Shown here piece by piece: positions 44,248-53,097 of a stretch of DNA of 61,837 nt; the first letter of the stretch is position 1, and every line of letters starts with the position of its first letter. The translations under genes were made by a program, and so were the position numbers. Where the stretch lies: the NCBI GenBank assembly GCA_020351855.1, contig CP070670.1, forward strand, positions 1,592,767 through 1,654,603. Reading direction: 5' to 3'. The notes beneath the pieces were generated by a model. The model ran no database searches. It was not told the origin of the DNA and saw only the letters and a list, made by a program, of their open reading frames with translations. This stretch comes from Gemmatimonadota bacterium (lineage in GTDB: Bacteria; Gemmatimonadota; Gemmatimonadetes; Palauibacterales; Palauibacteraceae).

Positions 44248-45746
44248 GGCCTCAGCCGGCGGTCGAGCCGGAAGTAACGGTCAAGCCAGGACCGCGATCG
44301 GTCGGTGAGCTTCGTTCGGTAGTACATGTCTGCCGCCCTTCGAATGCCCTCACTCATAGTGGGATATGGATGGATGAGCGTCGAGAGCCCGGCCACGCTC
44401 ACGCCGTGCTTCATCGCCAGGGCTACCTCGACGATCATCGTGCCCGCCGAAGGGGCCAGCACGTGACCTCCGAGGAGCCGCCCGCGCCGATCGGTCACCA
44501 GCTTGACGAGCCCTCCGCGCCCCCGATCCGCGATCATCCGATCCAGGTCGGCCAGGTCGTACCGGTAAATCCTGACCTTGCCATGCCTCTGCTTCGCCTC
44601 TTCCTCCGTCAGCCCCACCCGGGCCAGCGGCGGGTCGGTGAACACGACCCATGGGACGACAGAGTAGTCCGCGCGGACAGGAAAGGGGAACAGCGCGTTC
44701 CTAACCACTGTCCGGGCCTCGTGGTCCGCGACGTGGGTGAAGCGCAGGCCGCCGATCACGTCCCCCGCCGCGAAAATGCGCTTCTGGGTCGTCCGCAGCC
44801 GGTCATCGACCCGGATTCCCTCGGGGCTCGCATCGACCCCGGCAGCCCCCAGGCCAAGGCCCTCGATGTTGGCCCGGCGGCCCGTCGCCACGAAGATCCG
44901 CTGCGCCTCGATCGCGCGGCCCTCGTCCGAAGCGTCGTCAATGGCCCGCACATGCAGCGTGGACCTGCCCGCCCGGGTCCCGGCTCGCGTTGCGACGTGC
45001 CCGGTCAGGACCCGGACGCCATCCTCGCGCAGGCGTTCCTCGACCAGCCCGGCAAGCTCGGGATCCTCTCGCGGCAGCAGGCCCGGGGCGAGCTCCACGA
45101 TCGTGACAGCGACGCCGAGGAGGCTGTACGCCTGCGCGAACTCCACCCCGATCGGACCGGCGCCGAGGATGACGACCGATTCAGGCAGCTCGCGGTCCTC
45201 GAACGCCGTCTCGTGGGTGTAGAACCCGGCTCCCTCCAGGCCCTCGACCGGCGGAAGGTCGGTGCGGCTGCCCGTAGCGACGAGGATCGAGCGCGCCTCC
45301 AGGATCCGACCGCCGGCGCTCACCCGCGTGGGAGAGAGAAGGCACGCCGGCTCCCCCTCCAGCACCTCCACACCGAGTCGGCGGAACCGCTCCGGGTCGT
45401 CGTGAGGCTGCACGCGCTCCCGAACCGCTCGAACGCTGTCCAGGACGCCCTTCCCGAGCACCGGCTGCCGAAGGGGCGATGTGGGCTGCGGCACCGGTTC
45501 TTCCGGTCCGAGCCCAAAGTCACCGGCCCGCCTCATGATGGCGGCGATCCGTGCCGTGCCGACGAGAGCCTTGCTCGGGACGCAGCCCGTCCACAGGCAT
45601 TCGCCTCCCAGCCTCTCCCTCTCGATCAGAGCGGTGCGGGCGCCGAGGCTCGCCGCTCCAGCAGAGGCGACGAGGCCGGCCGTGCCGCCGCCGATGACGA
45701 CGAGATCGAACCGTTCGGCGCCGGGGGCTATAGCTCGAGGAAGCAC
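44244..45746 (-). CDS. Class I pyridine nucleotide-disulfide oxidoreductase (MerA/Lpd-like)
   Basis: IGGGTAG, GGECLWTGCVPSK, ATGS, GAGPIG, ATGR, AAGD, HPYPTMSE. Start uncertain (GTG 45746/45749, or overlapping the upstream stop). Confidence 0.88.
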   Translation of the reverse strand: MLPRAIAPGAERFDLVVIGGGTAGLVASAGAASLGARTALIERERLGGECLWTGCVPSKALVGTARIAAIMRRAGDFGLGPEEPVPQPTSPLRQPVLGKGVLDSVRAVRERVQPHDDPERFRRLGVEVLEGEPACLLSPTRVSAGGRILEARSILVATGSRTDLPPVEGLEGAGFYTHETAFEDRELPESVVILGAGPIGVEFAQAYSLLGVAVTIVELAPGLLPREDPELAGLVEERLREDGVRVLTGHVATRAGTRAGRSTLHVRAIDDASDEGRAIEAQRIFVATGRRANIEGLGLGAAGVDASPEGIRVDDRLRTTQKRIFAAGDVIGGLRFTHVADHEARTVVRNALFPFPVRADYSVVPWVVFTDPPLARVGLTEEEAKQRHGKVRIYRYDLADLDRMIADRGRGGLVKLVTDRRGRLLGGHVLAPSAGTMIVEVALAMKHGVSVAGLSTLIHPYPTMSEGIRRAADMYYRTKLTDRSRSWLDRYFRLDRRLRP

Positions 45747-47248
45747 CACTCCTTGGTCGCAGGAGTGGTTCCCATCTGCACCCCCGCGTCCCGGGCGACG
45801 AGGATGTTGTTCGAGTGGTTGAACCCGAAGCCGTTCTCGGGATCGTACAGCCCGGGCTCGTTGGAGAAGTGCATGCCCTCCTGCATGACGGTGTAGTCGC
45901 CAAGGGCTTGATAAGGCGGCTGATGGCCCTCCATGCCCTCGCCGTGGCCGGGCCGGTGGTAGACGAGTCGTTCCATGCCCTGCTCGACCTGATAGTCGTG
46001 CACGGCCTTCGCCACGTTGGAGCAGAGGTTGCCAGCGAACGACGCCTCCGCCTGGATCTCGTAACAACGGGTGTGCACCTCCCAAACGCGCTCCTGCCAG
46101 TCCGTCCAGGGGGCGATGAGGAAGGAGCGGTACAGCTCGCCCCCATACCCGCCGATCCGCACGACGCCGGCGATCTGCAACGCGTCGCCCGTCTCGATCC
46201 GCTTCCAGAACATCTGGTTCGGGTGGGGATATGCCGTCGTGCGGCCCGTTCGGCAGCCCACGCCCACCGAGATGCCCACGGCATCGTGCGGCTCGCCCGT
46301 GTGGGGAACGTCGTCCATGATCCGAGCGGTGCCCCACAGCCGTGCCGCGTTGGCCACCTCCCAGTCTACGGCCTCCCGCCCCCGCTCCAGCATGTAATTG
46401 CGCGCAAAGGCGTGAATCTCGGACCAGTAGTCCATGGCACGCTGAGTCAGCCGGTTCTCCATCTCGTCCTTGATGATGCGATGCCGGATCATGATGTCGT
46501 TGATGTCGACGAACCAGGCGTCCGGCATGGCCGCTGCCATTTCACCGAAGGCGCCGCTCTCCGGTCGCTTCCGGGTCGGGACCTCGACGGCTCCCGACAT
46601 GTCGAGGCGATCTGCGCTCTCCTGACCGGGAAGGACTCCGATCTCGGCGAGTCCGTTCCCATCGATGCCGATCGTTCCCCTCGCGTAGCCGAGCCCTGCC
46701 AGCGTCTCTCCCCACCAGCGGTAGAGGTTCACGGTGTCGCTCTGCACGACCTTTCCCCCACTGGGGAAGGCGCCTCGGGCATGGTGGTAGTCGAAGTAGG
46801 CGCTCGACTCCGTCACCCACCAGTCGTTCACGAGCTGCTGATCCAGATACGGATTCAGCCAGATGAGCGCATCGTCATCGTCCATGGGAAGGAAGCAGGC
46901 GAACGGACGTTCGGTGGTGGAGTGGAAGAGGCCCGTCGCGTAGATGATGTTCCATCTACGGGTGAGGAACAGCCCACCGTCGATGCCCCGCTCGCGGGCG
47001 GCCCGCTTCAGCTGGCGTACCTTCTCCTTGTACCAGGAAAGCGGCAGGCGATGGAAGTCGGCAGGCTCGGGAAGGCGCGGCTCCCGTGCCGTCCGCTCCC
47101 GGCGGAGCTGCCCGAAGCTGTCGGCGTGGCTCTCGGCCCGAGCCATGGCACGCTCGTCAGGCCAAAGCGCGGATGGGCCAATGATCGCCGCTCCGGCGAT
47201 GCCGCTACCGGAAGCGGAAACGAAGTGGCGGCGGCTCCAGCGCTGCAT
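45728..47248 (-). CDS. Tat-exported M24 (pita-bread fold) protein, creatinase-like
   Basis: AAGGAG SD, SRRHFV twin-arginine signal, creatinase/prolidase N-domain, HRPGHGEG, NEPG; two metal ligands missing. Confidence 0.85.
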   Translation of the reverse strand: MQRWSRRHFVSASGSGIAGAAIIGPSALWPDERAMARAESHADSFGQLRRERTAREPRLPEPADFHRLPLSWYKEKVRQLKRAARERGIDGGLFLTRRWNIIYATGLFHSTTERPFACFLPMDDDDALIWLNPYLDQQLVNDWWVTESSAYFDYHHARGAFPSGGKVVQSDTVNLYRWWGETLAGLGYARGTIGIDGNGLAEIGVLPGQESADRLDMSGAVEVPTRKRPESGAFGEMAAAMPDAWFVDINDIMIRHRIIKDEMENRLTQRAMDYWSEIHAFARNYMLERGREAVDWEVANAARLWGTARIMDDVPHTGEPHDAVGISVGVGCRTGRTTAYPHPNQMFWKRIETGDALQIAGVVRIGGYGGELYRSFLIAPWTDWQERVWEVHTRCYEIQAEASFAGNLCSNVAKAVHDYQVEQGMERLVYHRPGHGEGMEGHQPPYQALGDYTVMQEGMHFSNEPGLYDPENGFGFNHSNNILVARDAGVQMGTTPATKEWCFLEL

Positions 47249-47381
47249 CTTGCGCTCCTTTCCAATTCCCACGGAGGCGTGCCGCGCGCGCACACCACCT
47301 TTCGGCGCGCGGATCACCCCCCATCGGCAGGTGTTATCTTTCAACTCCGGAGCAGCAGTTGGCCAGACGTACGGAGGTAGC

Positions 47382-48161
47382 ATGCATCCAACAGGCCCCT
47401 CGCGCGCCCTTCTCCGGATGCTCCTGCCGTCGCTCTTCGCAATCCTCCTCGTGATGCGCCCGGGCGTCGCTCAGGAGAGCGAGGCTCGCCTGCTGACAGG
47501 GACCGTCCTCTCGAAGGAGACTGGCTCGCCACTGACCAACGTCCTGGTCGAGCTCGAGTCGCAGGGGATGCAGGCACTGACGGACTCCCTCGGAAGGTTC
47601 CGGTTCGTCCGCGTCGCTCCGGTCGTGGACACCGTGCACCTCAGCTACTTCAACCTCGCGTCCGCTCGCGTGGCCGTCGACCTGACCGGACCGGGTCCCC
47701 ACGCCGTCGAGCTTTCACTCAGCGGCGCGGCGTTCAACGTCGCCGATCTCGTGGTGCAGATAAAGGGCGCGCCCTGGGCAGCCTCCCAATTCGCCCGGCG
47801 CATCGAGGCCATGCGCGGCACGATCTACTTCTATCCGGAGATCCGTCGACGATCCACGCTCCGCCTGATCGATTTCTTCCGGGTGGTCAGGCGGACGCGC
47901 GTGCGGTACGAGCGGGGCGAGTGGAGGCTCTTCATGCGCGGCCTCATCTCGGGTCGCTCCTGCCGCCCCGCGATCTTCATGAACGGAAATCCAGCGCCTG
48001 ACTGGGTGATCGACGCGACCGCGGTCTTCGACGTCCTGGCCATCGAGGTCTATTGGGAGCCCAACGTGCCCGGGGAGTTCAAGGGGTTCGCGAAGTGCGG
48101 TGCCGTGAATATCTGGACCGGAACCCCGCCCGGGCTTGCCGAAGGCGGAACGGGAGGCTGA
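47382..48161 (+). CDS. Carboxypeptidase-regulatory-like domain + TonB-plug-like domain protein
   Basis: GGAGG SD, signal peptide, LTGTV...TDSLGRFRF; C-terminal CRPAIFMNG...AIEVY...VPGEF...CGAVNIWT. Confidence 0.7.
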   Translation: MHPTGPSRALLRMLLPSLFAILLVMRPGVAQESEARLLTGTVLSKETGSPLTNVLVELESQGMQALTDSLGRFRFVRVAPVVDTVHLSYFNLASARVAVDLTGPGPHAVELSLSGAAFNVADLVVQIKGAPWAASQFARRIEAMRGTIYFYPEIRRRSTLRLIDFFRVVRRTRVRYERGEWRLFMRGLISGRSCRPAIFMNGNPAPDWVIDATAVFDVLAIEVYWEPNVPGEFKGFAKCGAVNIWTGTPPGLAEGGTGG

Positions 48162-48188
48162 TCCGCCGCGCGCTTTTCGACGCCCGGC

Positions 48189-49622
48189 CTAGATTCCCGG
48201 CCGAACCTGCTCCAGGGCCGAGCGAGCGGCATGATATCCGCACATCCCGTGCACTCCGCCGCCCGGCGGGGTGGACGACGAGCAGAGGAAGACGCCGGGT
48301 AGCGGCGTGCCATAGGGATCCAGCCGCGGAAACGGTCGGGCGAGGATCTGGCGAAGCGTGTTCGCGCCACCCGAGATGTCTCCGCCGACCAGATTCGGGT
48401 TCAGCGCCGCCATGTCTGCCGGACCCAGCCTGCTTCGAGCCAGGATGCAATCCCTGAAGCCCGGTGCGAAGCGCTCCACCTGCGCTTCCAGGCGCTCGGT
48501 CATGTCTCGGCCGCAGGCATGCGGCACGTGGCAGTAAGCCCATGCAGTGTGCCGGCCGCGCGGTGCGCGCCCCGGGTCGAACAGGCTGTGCTGCGCGAGC
48601 AGCACGAACGGCCTGCGGGGAGGACGATCCTTCCAGGCGTCCAGTTCCGCGGCGGCGATCTCCTCGAAGGTCCCACCCAGATGCACCGTGCCGGCCTGCC
48701 GGCACTCCGGCGCGCGCCAGGGGATGGGCTCGCTGAGCGCCCAGTCCACCTTGAACGCTCCGGGGCCGTATCGATAGCGGGCGAGCCGCCTCTTGTAGCT
48801 CCGCGGAAGCTGATCGGCGGCGAGCTTGAGGAGCTGCCCCGGGGTCACGGAGAGCAGCTTGATCCCGGCCTCCGGCAGATCGTCCAGGTGCCGAACCGGC
48901 CGGCCGGTGGCGACTCGTCCTCCGAGCCCCAGGAGAATCGCGGCCAGGCCGTCGGCCAGCCGCTGAGCTCCACCCCGCGGGAAGGGCCAGCCGACGCCAT
49001 GTCCGAGGACCGCGAGGAGCAGGCCGATGGCGGCGCTGGGCCTGAACTCGAGCGGGATTGCGGAGTGCCCGGCAAGGCCCGCCAGGAGTGCCCGCGCGCG
49101 CTTCCCGGCGAATTCGTCCGCCCAGTCCCGGGCCGACCGGGCCGCGACCCGCGCGAAGCGCGCATGCCGCACGGGATGCCGGATCAGGCCGCGCGGGCTC
49201 AGGAGGTCGGTCAGCAGCGCCTGCCAATCCTCGGTCAGGGGTTCGAGGAGGCGGCGGTACCTCGCGCCGTCCTCCGCGCCCAGGCCATCGCAGGTCTCCG
49301 TGAGCGAGCGGCTGAGCAGGACCGCCGTGCCATCGTCCAGCGGGTGGGCCAGAGGGGCGCTCGGATGCACCCAGCGAACCCCCTGCGCTGCCAGGTCAAG
49401 GCTGCGCAGGAAGGGCGAGGCCACGCCGAGCGGGTGAATCGCCGAGCAGAGGTCGTGCCGGAATCCCGGCAGGGTGAGCTCCAGCGTGCGAAGCCCGCCT
49501 CCCGCGGTCTCGTTCCCTTCGAGCAGGACGACGCGGCGGCCCGCCTGCGCGAGCACGATCGCCGCGGAGAGACCGTTCGGCCCGGAGCCGACGACCACCG
49601 CGTCAGGTTCCTGTTCGCTCAT
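48189..49622 (-). CDS. Phytoene-dehydrogenase-like FAD-dependent oxidoreductase (COG1233 type)
   Basis: VVGSGPNGL, GFRHDLCSAIHP, PRGGAQ, WAYCHVP, NPNLVGGDI, CSSSTPPGGGVHGMCG. Confidence 0.9.
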   Translation of the reverse strand: MSEQEPDAVVVGSGPNGLSAAIVLAQAGRRVVLLEGNETAGGGLRTLELTLPGFRHDLCSAIHPLGVASPFLRSLDLAAQGVRWVHPSAPLAHPLDDGTAVLLSRSLTETCDGLGAEDGARYRRLLEPLTEDWQALLTDLLSPRGLIRHPVRHARFARVAARSARDWADEFAGKRARALLAGLAGHSAIPLEFRPSAAIGLLLAVLGHGVGWPFPRGGAQRLADGLAAILLGLGGRVATGRPVRHLDDLPEAGIKLLSVTPGQLLKLAADQLPRSYKRRLARYRYGPGAFKVDWALSEPIPWRAPECRQAGTVHLGGTFEEIAAAELDAWKDRPPRRPFVLLAQHSLFDPGRAPRGRHTAWAYCHVPHACGRDMTERLEAQVERFAPGFRDCILARSRLGPADMAALNPNLVGGDISGGANTLRQILARPFPRLDPYGTPLPGVFLCSSSTPPGGGVHGMCGYHAARSALEQVRPGI

Positions 49623-49692
49623 CCGATTGCCGCGGTCACTCGCCTCGGGTAGCTTCCCGTGCTCCGCTCTGCCACTGGAAAGGTCACACGTC

Positions 49693-50874
49693 ATGCACGT
49701 TTTCGCTAAGTGCGAGAACTTCACGACATCCCGCGAGCTCCGCGCGATCGGCCTGTATCCCTACTTCCAGCCGATCGAGGAGTCGTGCGACACGACTGTC
49801 GTCATCGGGGGCGAGCGGAAGGTCATGGTAGGATCCAACAACTACATGGGCCTCACGCACGATCCGAGGATTCTAGAGGCCGCCAGGCATGCGCTCGATC
49901 GCTACGGCAGCGGCAATACGGGAAGCCGCTTTCTCAACGGAAACCTGGATCTTCACGACCGACTCGAGGGCGAGCTCGCCGACTTCGTCGGCAAGGAGGC
50001 GGCCCTCGTGTTCAGCACCGGATACCTCACCAACCTGGGCACGCTGGCGGCCCTGATCGGACGAAACGACACAGTGTTCGTCGACAAGCTGGATCACGCG
50101 TGCATTCAGGACGGCGCCCGGCTCGGATTCGGGCAGGTCCAGCGGTTCAACCACGGGGACTACGACAAGCTGCGGCAGATGCTGGCAGCGGAGAAGGAGG
50201 AGCGCGGCAAGCTCGTCGCGGTGGACGGCGTGTACAGCATGGAGGGCGATATAGCCGACCTGCCGACCCTTGTCCGGCTGTCCTCCGATTTCGGAGCCGG
50301 GCTGGTGGTGGATGATGCCCACTCCCTCGGCGTGGTCGGGCCACGCGGGAACGGGACGGCGGCCCACTTCGGCCTGACCGAGGAAGTGGACCTGATCACC
50401 GGTACGTTCTCGAAGTCCTTCGCGTCGATCGGGGGCTTCGTGGCCGGCACGGCGACGATCTGCGAGTATCTGCGCAACAACGCCCGGGCACTGATCTTCA
50501 GCGCGAGCATGCCTCCCGCCGCCGTCGCCACGGTCCTCAAGGCCCTCGAGATCATTCGTGACGAGCCCGAGAGGCGGGAGCAGCTGTGGAAGAACACGCG
50601 GAAGATGATGGAGGGCTTCCGCGCGATCGGCTTCGAGATCGGCCCGACCGAGACCCCGATCATACCGATCCTTGTCGGACCGATGGACAAGACCTTCCGC
50701 TTCTGGCGCGAGCTCTTCGATGCCGGGGTGTTCACCAATCCCGTCGTGCCGCCCGCCGTTCCCGAGGGAAGCTGCCGGCTCCGGACGAGCTATATGGCCA
50801 CCCACACCGACGAACAACTGGACTTCGTGCTCGAGTGCATCGAGAGGATCGGCAAGAAGCTCCAGGTCGTGTGA
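49693..50874 (+). CDS. spt: Serine palmitoyltransferase (PLP-dependent alpha-oxoamine synthase)
   Basis: YPYF, GSNNYMGL, GSRFLNG (SPT-type, unlike KBL SVRFICG), DHAC, DDAHS, GTFSKS, PPAVP; genomic context. Confidence 0.88.
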   Translation: MHVFAKCENFTTSRELRAIGLYPYFQPIEESCDTTVVIGGERKVMVGSNNYMGLTHDPRILEAARHALDRYGSGNTGSRFLNGNLDLHDRLEGELADFVGKEAALVFSTGYLTNLGTLAALIGRNDTVFVDKLDHACIQDGARLGFGQVQRFNHGDYDKLRQMLAAEKEERGKLVAVDGVYSMEGDIADLPTLVRLSSDFGAGLVVDDAHSLGVVGPRGNGTAAHFGLTEEVDLITGTFSKSFASIGGFVAGTATICEYLRNNARALIFSASMPPAAVATVLKALEIIRDEPERREQLWKNTRKMMEGFRAIGFEIGPTETPIIPILVGPMDKTFRFWRELFDAGVFTNPVVPPAVPEGSCRLRTSYMATHTDEQLDFVLECIERIGKKLQVV

Positions 50875-50896
50875 CCCCCTCCAGCCCGGCTCGTCC

Positions 50897-52066
50897 GTGA
50901 ATCAGGCGGCCCCCGTAAGAGCCGTTCAGGCAGAGCATTCCGGATCCGTCAGCGTCATCGCGGCGTGCCCGCGCAGCGACGAGATGGAGGCATTCATCCG
51001 CCTTCCCTGGTCGATCTACGAGGGGTATCCGCTGTGGGTGCCGCCGCTCCTCCGCGACATGCGTCTGATGATGGATCCGGAGCGCCATCCGTTCTACCGG
51101 CACTCCGATGTGCAGGCTTTTCTGGCGCTCCGTGGGGGCCGTCCGGTAGGCCGGATCGCGGCCATCCACAACCGGCGGCACATCGAGTTCCAGGAAGAGA
51201 ACACCGGCTTCTTCGGCTTCTATGAGTGCGAGCCGGACGACACGGCGTCGAACGCCCTTCTGGATGCCGCCGCGGACTGGCTGCGCGAGCGTGGCATCGG
51301 CACCATGCGAGGGCCGACGAGCTTCTCGACGAACGAGCAGGTCGGCCTGCTGGTCGAAGGCTTCGACGATCCGCCCTCGGTGATGATGAACTACAATCCC
51401 CCGTACTACGAGGGGCAGTTCCAGGGCTATGGCCTCAAGGTGTCCCAGCGCCTCGTCGCCTACTTCCTCCATGCGCCCGCGCCCCCGGAGTATCTCGTGC
51501 GGGCGGCCCGGGTCGTGGAACGGCGCACCGGAGTCCGGCTTCGGAGCCTGAGCAAGCGCCACTTCGGTCGCGATCTGGAGATCATTCGGGACCTGTACAA
51601 CTCGGCCTGGGAGCGCAACTGGGGATTCGTCCCCATGACGGATGACGAGATCGATCACATGGCCCAGGAGCTGAAGCCCGTCGTCGATCCACGCCTGGCG
51701 CTCATCGGAGAGGATGAGAACGGCCGTCCGGTCGGGTTCGCCCTCGCCCTGCCCGATTTCAACCAGGTGCTCCGGCACCTGAACGGCCGTCTCTTGCCCT
51801 TCGGCCTGCTCAAGGCTCTGTGGCTTCGTCGGAAGATCGATCGGCTGCGAGTCCTCACGCTGGGTGTCCACGACGACTATCGGGGGAAGGGACTCGACGC
51901 GCTCTTCTATCTCGCCATCTTCCGCGGCGGAAACTCGCAGGGCATCGATCGGGGCGAGTTCTCTTGGGTGCTCGCGGAAAACGCCCGGATGAGGAAGCCG
52001 CTCGAACGGATGGGCGCCCGAGTCTACAAGCGCTACAACCTGTATGATGTGTCGCTCCAGGCCTGA
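50897..52066 (+). CDS. GNAT-family protein, bacterial ceramide synthase (bCerS)-like
   Basis: FIRLPWSIY, WVPPL, GRIAAI, GFFGFYE, GP.SFSTNE.VGLLVEGF, YNPPYY, WGFVP, EFSWVLAEN; 22 bp after spt. Confidence 0.82.
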   Translation: MNQAAPVRAVQAEHSGSVSVIAACPRSDEMEAFIRLPWSIYEGYPLWVPPLLRDMRLMMDPERHPFYRHSDVQAFLALRGGRPVGRIAAIHNRRHIEFQEENTGFFGFYECEPDDTASNALLDAAADWLRERGIGTMRGPTSFSTNEQVGLLVEGFDDPPSVMMNYNPPYYEGQFQGYGLKVSQRLVAYFLHAPAPPEYLVRAARVVERRTGVRLRSLSKRHFGRDLEIIRDLYNSAWERNWGFVPMTDDEIDHMAQELKPVVDPRLALIGEDENGRPVGFALALPDFNQVLRHLNGRLLPFGLLKALWLRRKIDRLRVLTLGVHDDYRGKGLDALFYLAIFRGGNSQGIDRGEFSWVLAENARMRKPLERMGARVYKRYNLYDVSLQA

Positions 52067-52113
52067 CGCGGGCCCGATCAGGCCGCCGCGCTGGCCCCGC
52101 CCGTGAGCTCGAC

Positions 52114-53073
52114 GTGAGCCGGCGCCGTGTCCTGATCACGGGTGCGACAGGCTTTCTCGGCAGCCATGTCGCGGCACTCTGGGTGAAGTCGGGCCATCGG
52201 GTTCGCTGCACCCTGCGCTCGACCAGCGACACCCGCTGGCTGGAGGGCCTGGATGTGGAGCGCGTGGAGTGGGACGCCCGGGAGGGAGAACGTCTGGATG
52301 CCGCCCTGCGCGGCATCGACACCGTGGTGCATGTCGCTGGCGTGACGCGGGCGCCCCGCAGGGAGGACTACTTCCGTGTGAACGCGACGGGTGCCGGTCG
52401 ACTGGCGGAAGCGGCGGCATCCGCCGGCGTGTCGCGGTTCGTTCTCGTAAGCAGCCTCGCGGCTCGCGGGCCGGACGGCGGCACCGGTCCCGTGAGCGCT
52501 TACGGTGAGAGCAAGCGGCGCGGCGAGGATCTGGTTCGCCTGTTCGAGTCGCGCATGGAGGTCGTCATACTGCGGCCGGGAGGGATCTACGGTCCGCGGG
52601 ATACGGACCTTTTCCCCCTCTTCGATACGGCGAGCAAGGGCTGGTTGGTCGCACCTGCGGGCAGTCCGCCGCTGCAGCCGGTTTACGTGACCGATGTCGC
52701 CCGCCTGACAGTCGCTGCGGGGACGGTGACCCAGCCGGGCGTCGGGCCTTACCCGGTGGCGGAGCCGGGACGCTACGGGTGGTCGGAGGTCCGCGAGGGC
52801 CTCGCCGCGGCGCTGGGGCGACGGGTGCGGGGAGTCCGGCTTCCCAAGGCGATCTTCATCCTCGCGGGCATCATCGCCGAGGCCGGCGCAAGGCTGACCG
52901 GAACCGATCCGGTCCTGGACCGCCGGAACGCCGTGGATCTGAGTCGACACGGCTGGACCTGCGACACGACCCCCACCTGCGACGCGTTCGGCTGGGAGGC
53001 CGAGGTCGCCCTGCGCGATGGACTGGCTCTGACCGCGGACTGGTACCGACGCGTCGGCTGGCTGAAGGCCTAG
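52114..53073 (+). CDS. SDR epimerase/dehydratase, ceramide reductase (CerR)-like
   Basis: TGATGFLG, HVAG, FVLVSSLAAR, YGESK, RPGGIYGPRDT, TADWYRRVGWL; context. Confidence 0.78.
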   Translation: MSRRRVLITGATGFLGSHVAALWVKSGHRVRCTLRSTSDTRWLEGLDVERVEWDAREGERLDAALRGIDTVVHVAGVTRAPRREDYFRVNATGAGRLAEAAASAGVSRFVLVSSLAARGPDGGTGPVSAYGESKRRGEDLVRLFESRMEVVILRPGGIYGPRDTDLFPLFDTASKGWLVAPAGSPPLQPVYVTDVARLTVAAGTVTQPGVGPYPVAEPGRYGWSEVREGLAAALGRRVRGVRLPKAIFILAGIIAEAGARLTGTDPVLDRRNAVDLSRHGWTCDTTPTCDAFGWEAEVALRDGLALTADWYRRVGWLKA

Positions 53074-53097
53074 CGGTCAGGGCCGAGGAGAGGCTGG

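Noticed and set aside
44244-45746. Mercury resistance (merA)
   Set aside because: No C-terminal Cys pair, no NmerA domain, no merR/T/P nearby.
48189-49622. Carotenoid or photosynthesis cluster
   Set aside because: No crtB, crtE, bch or puf genes in the window.
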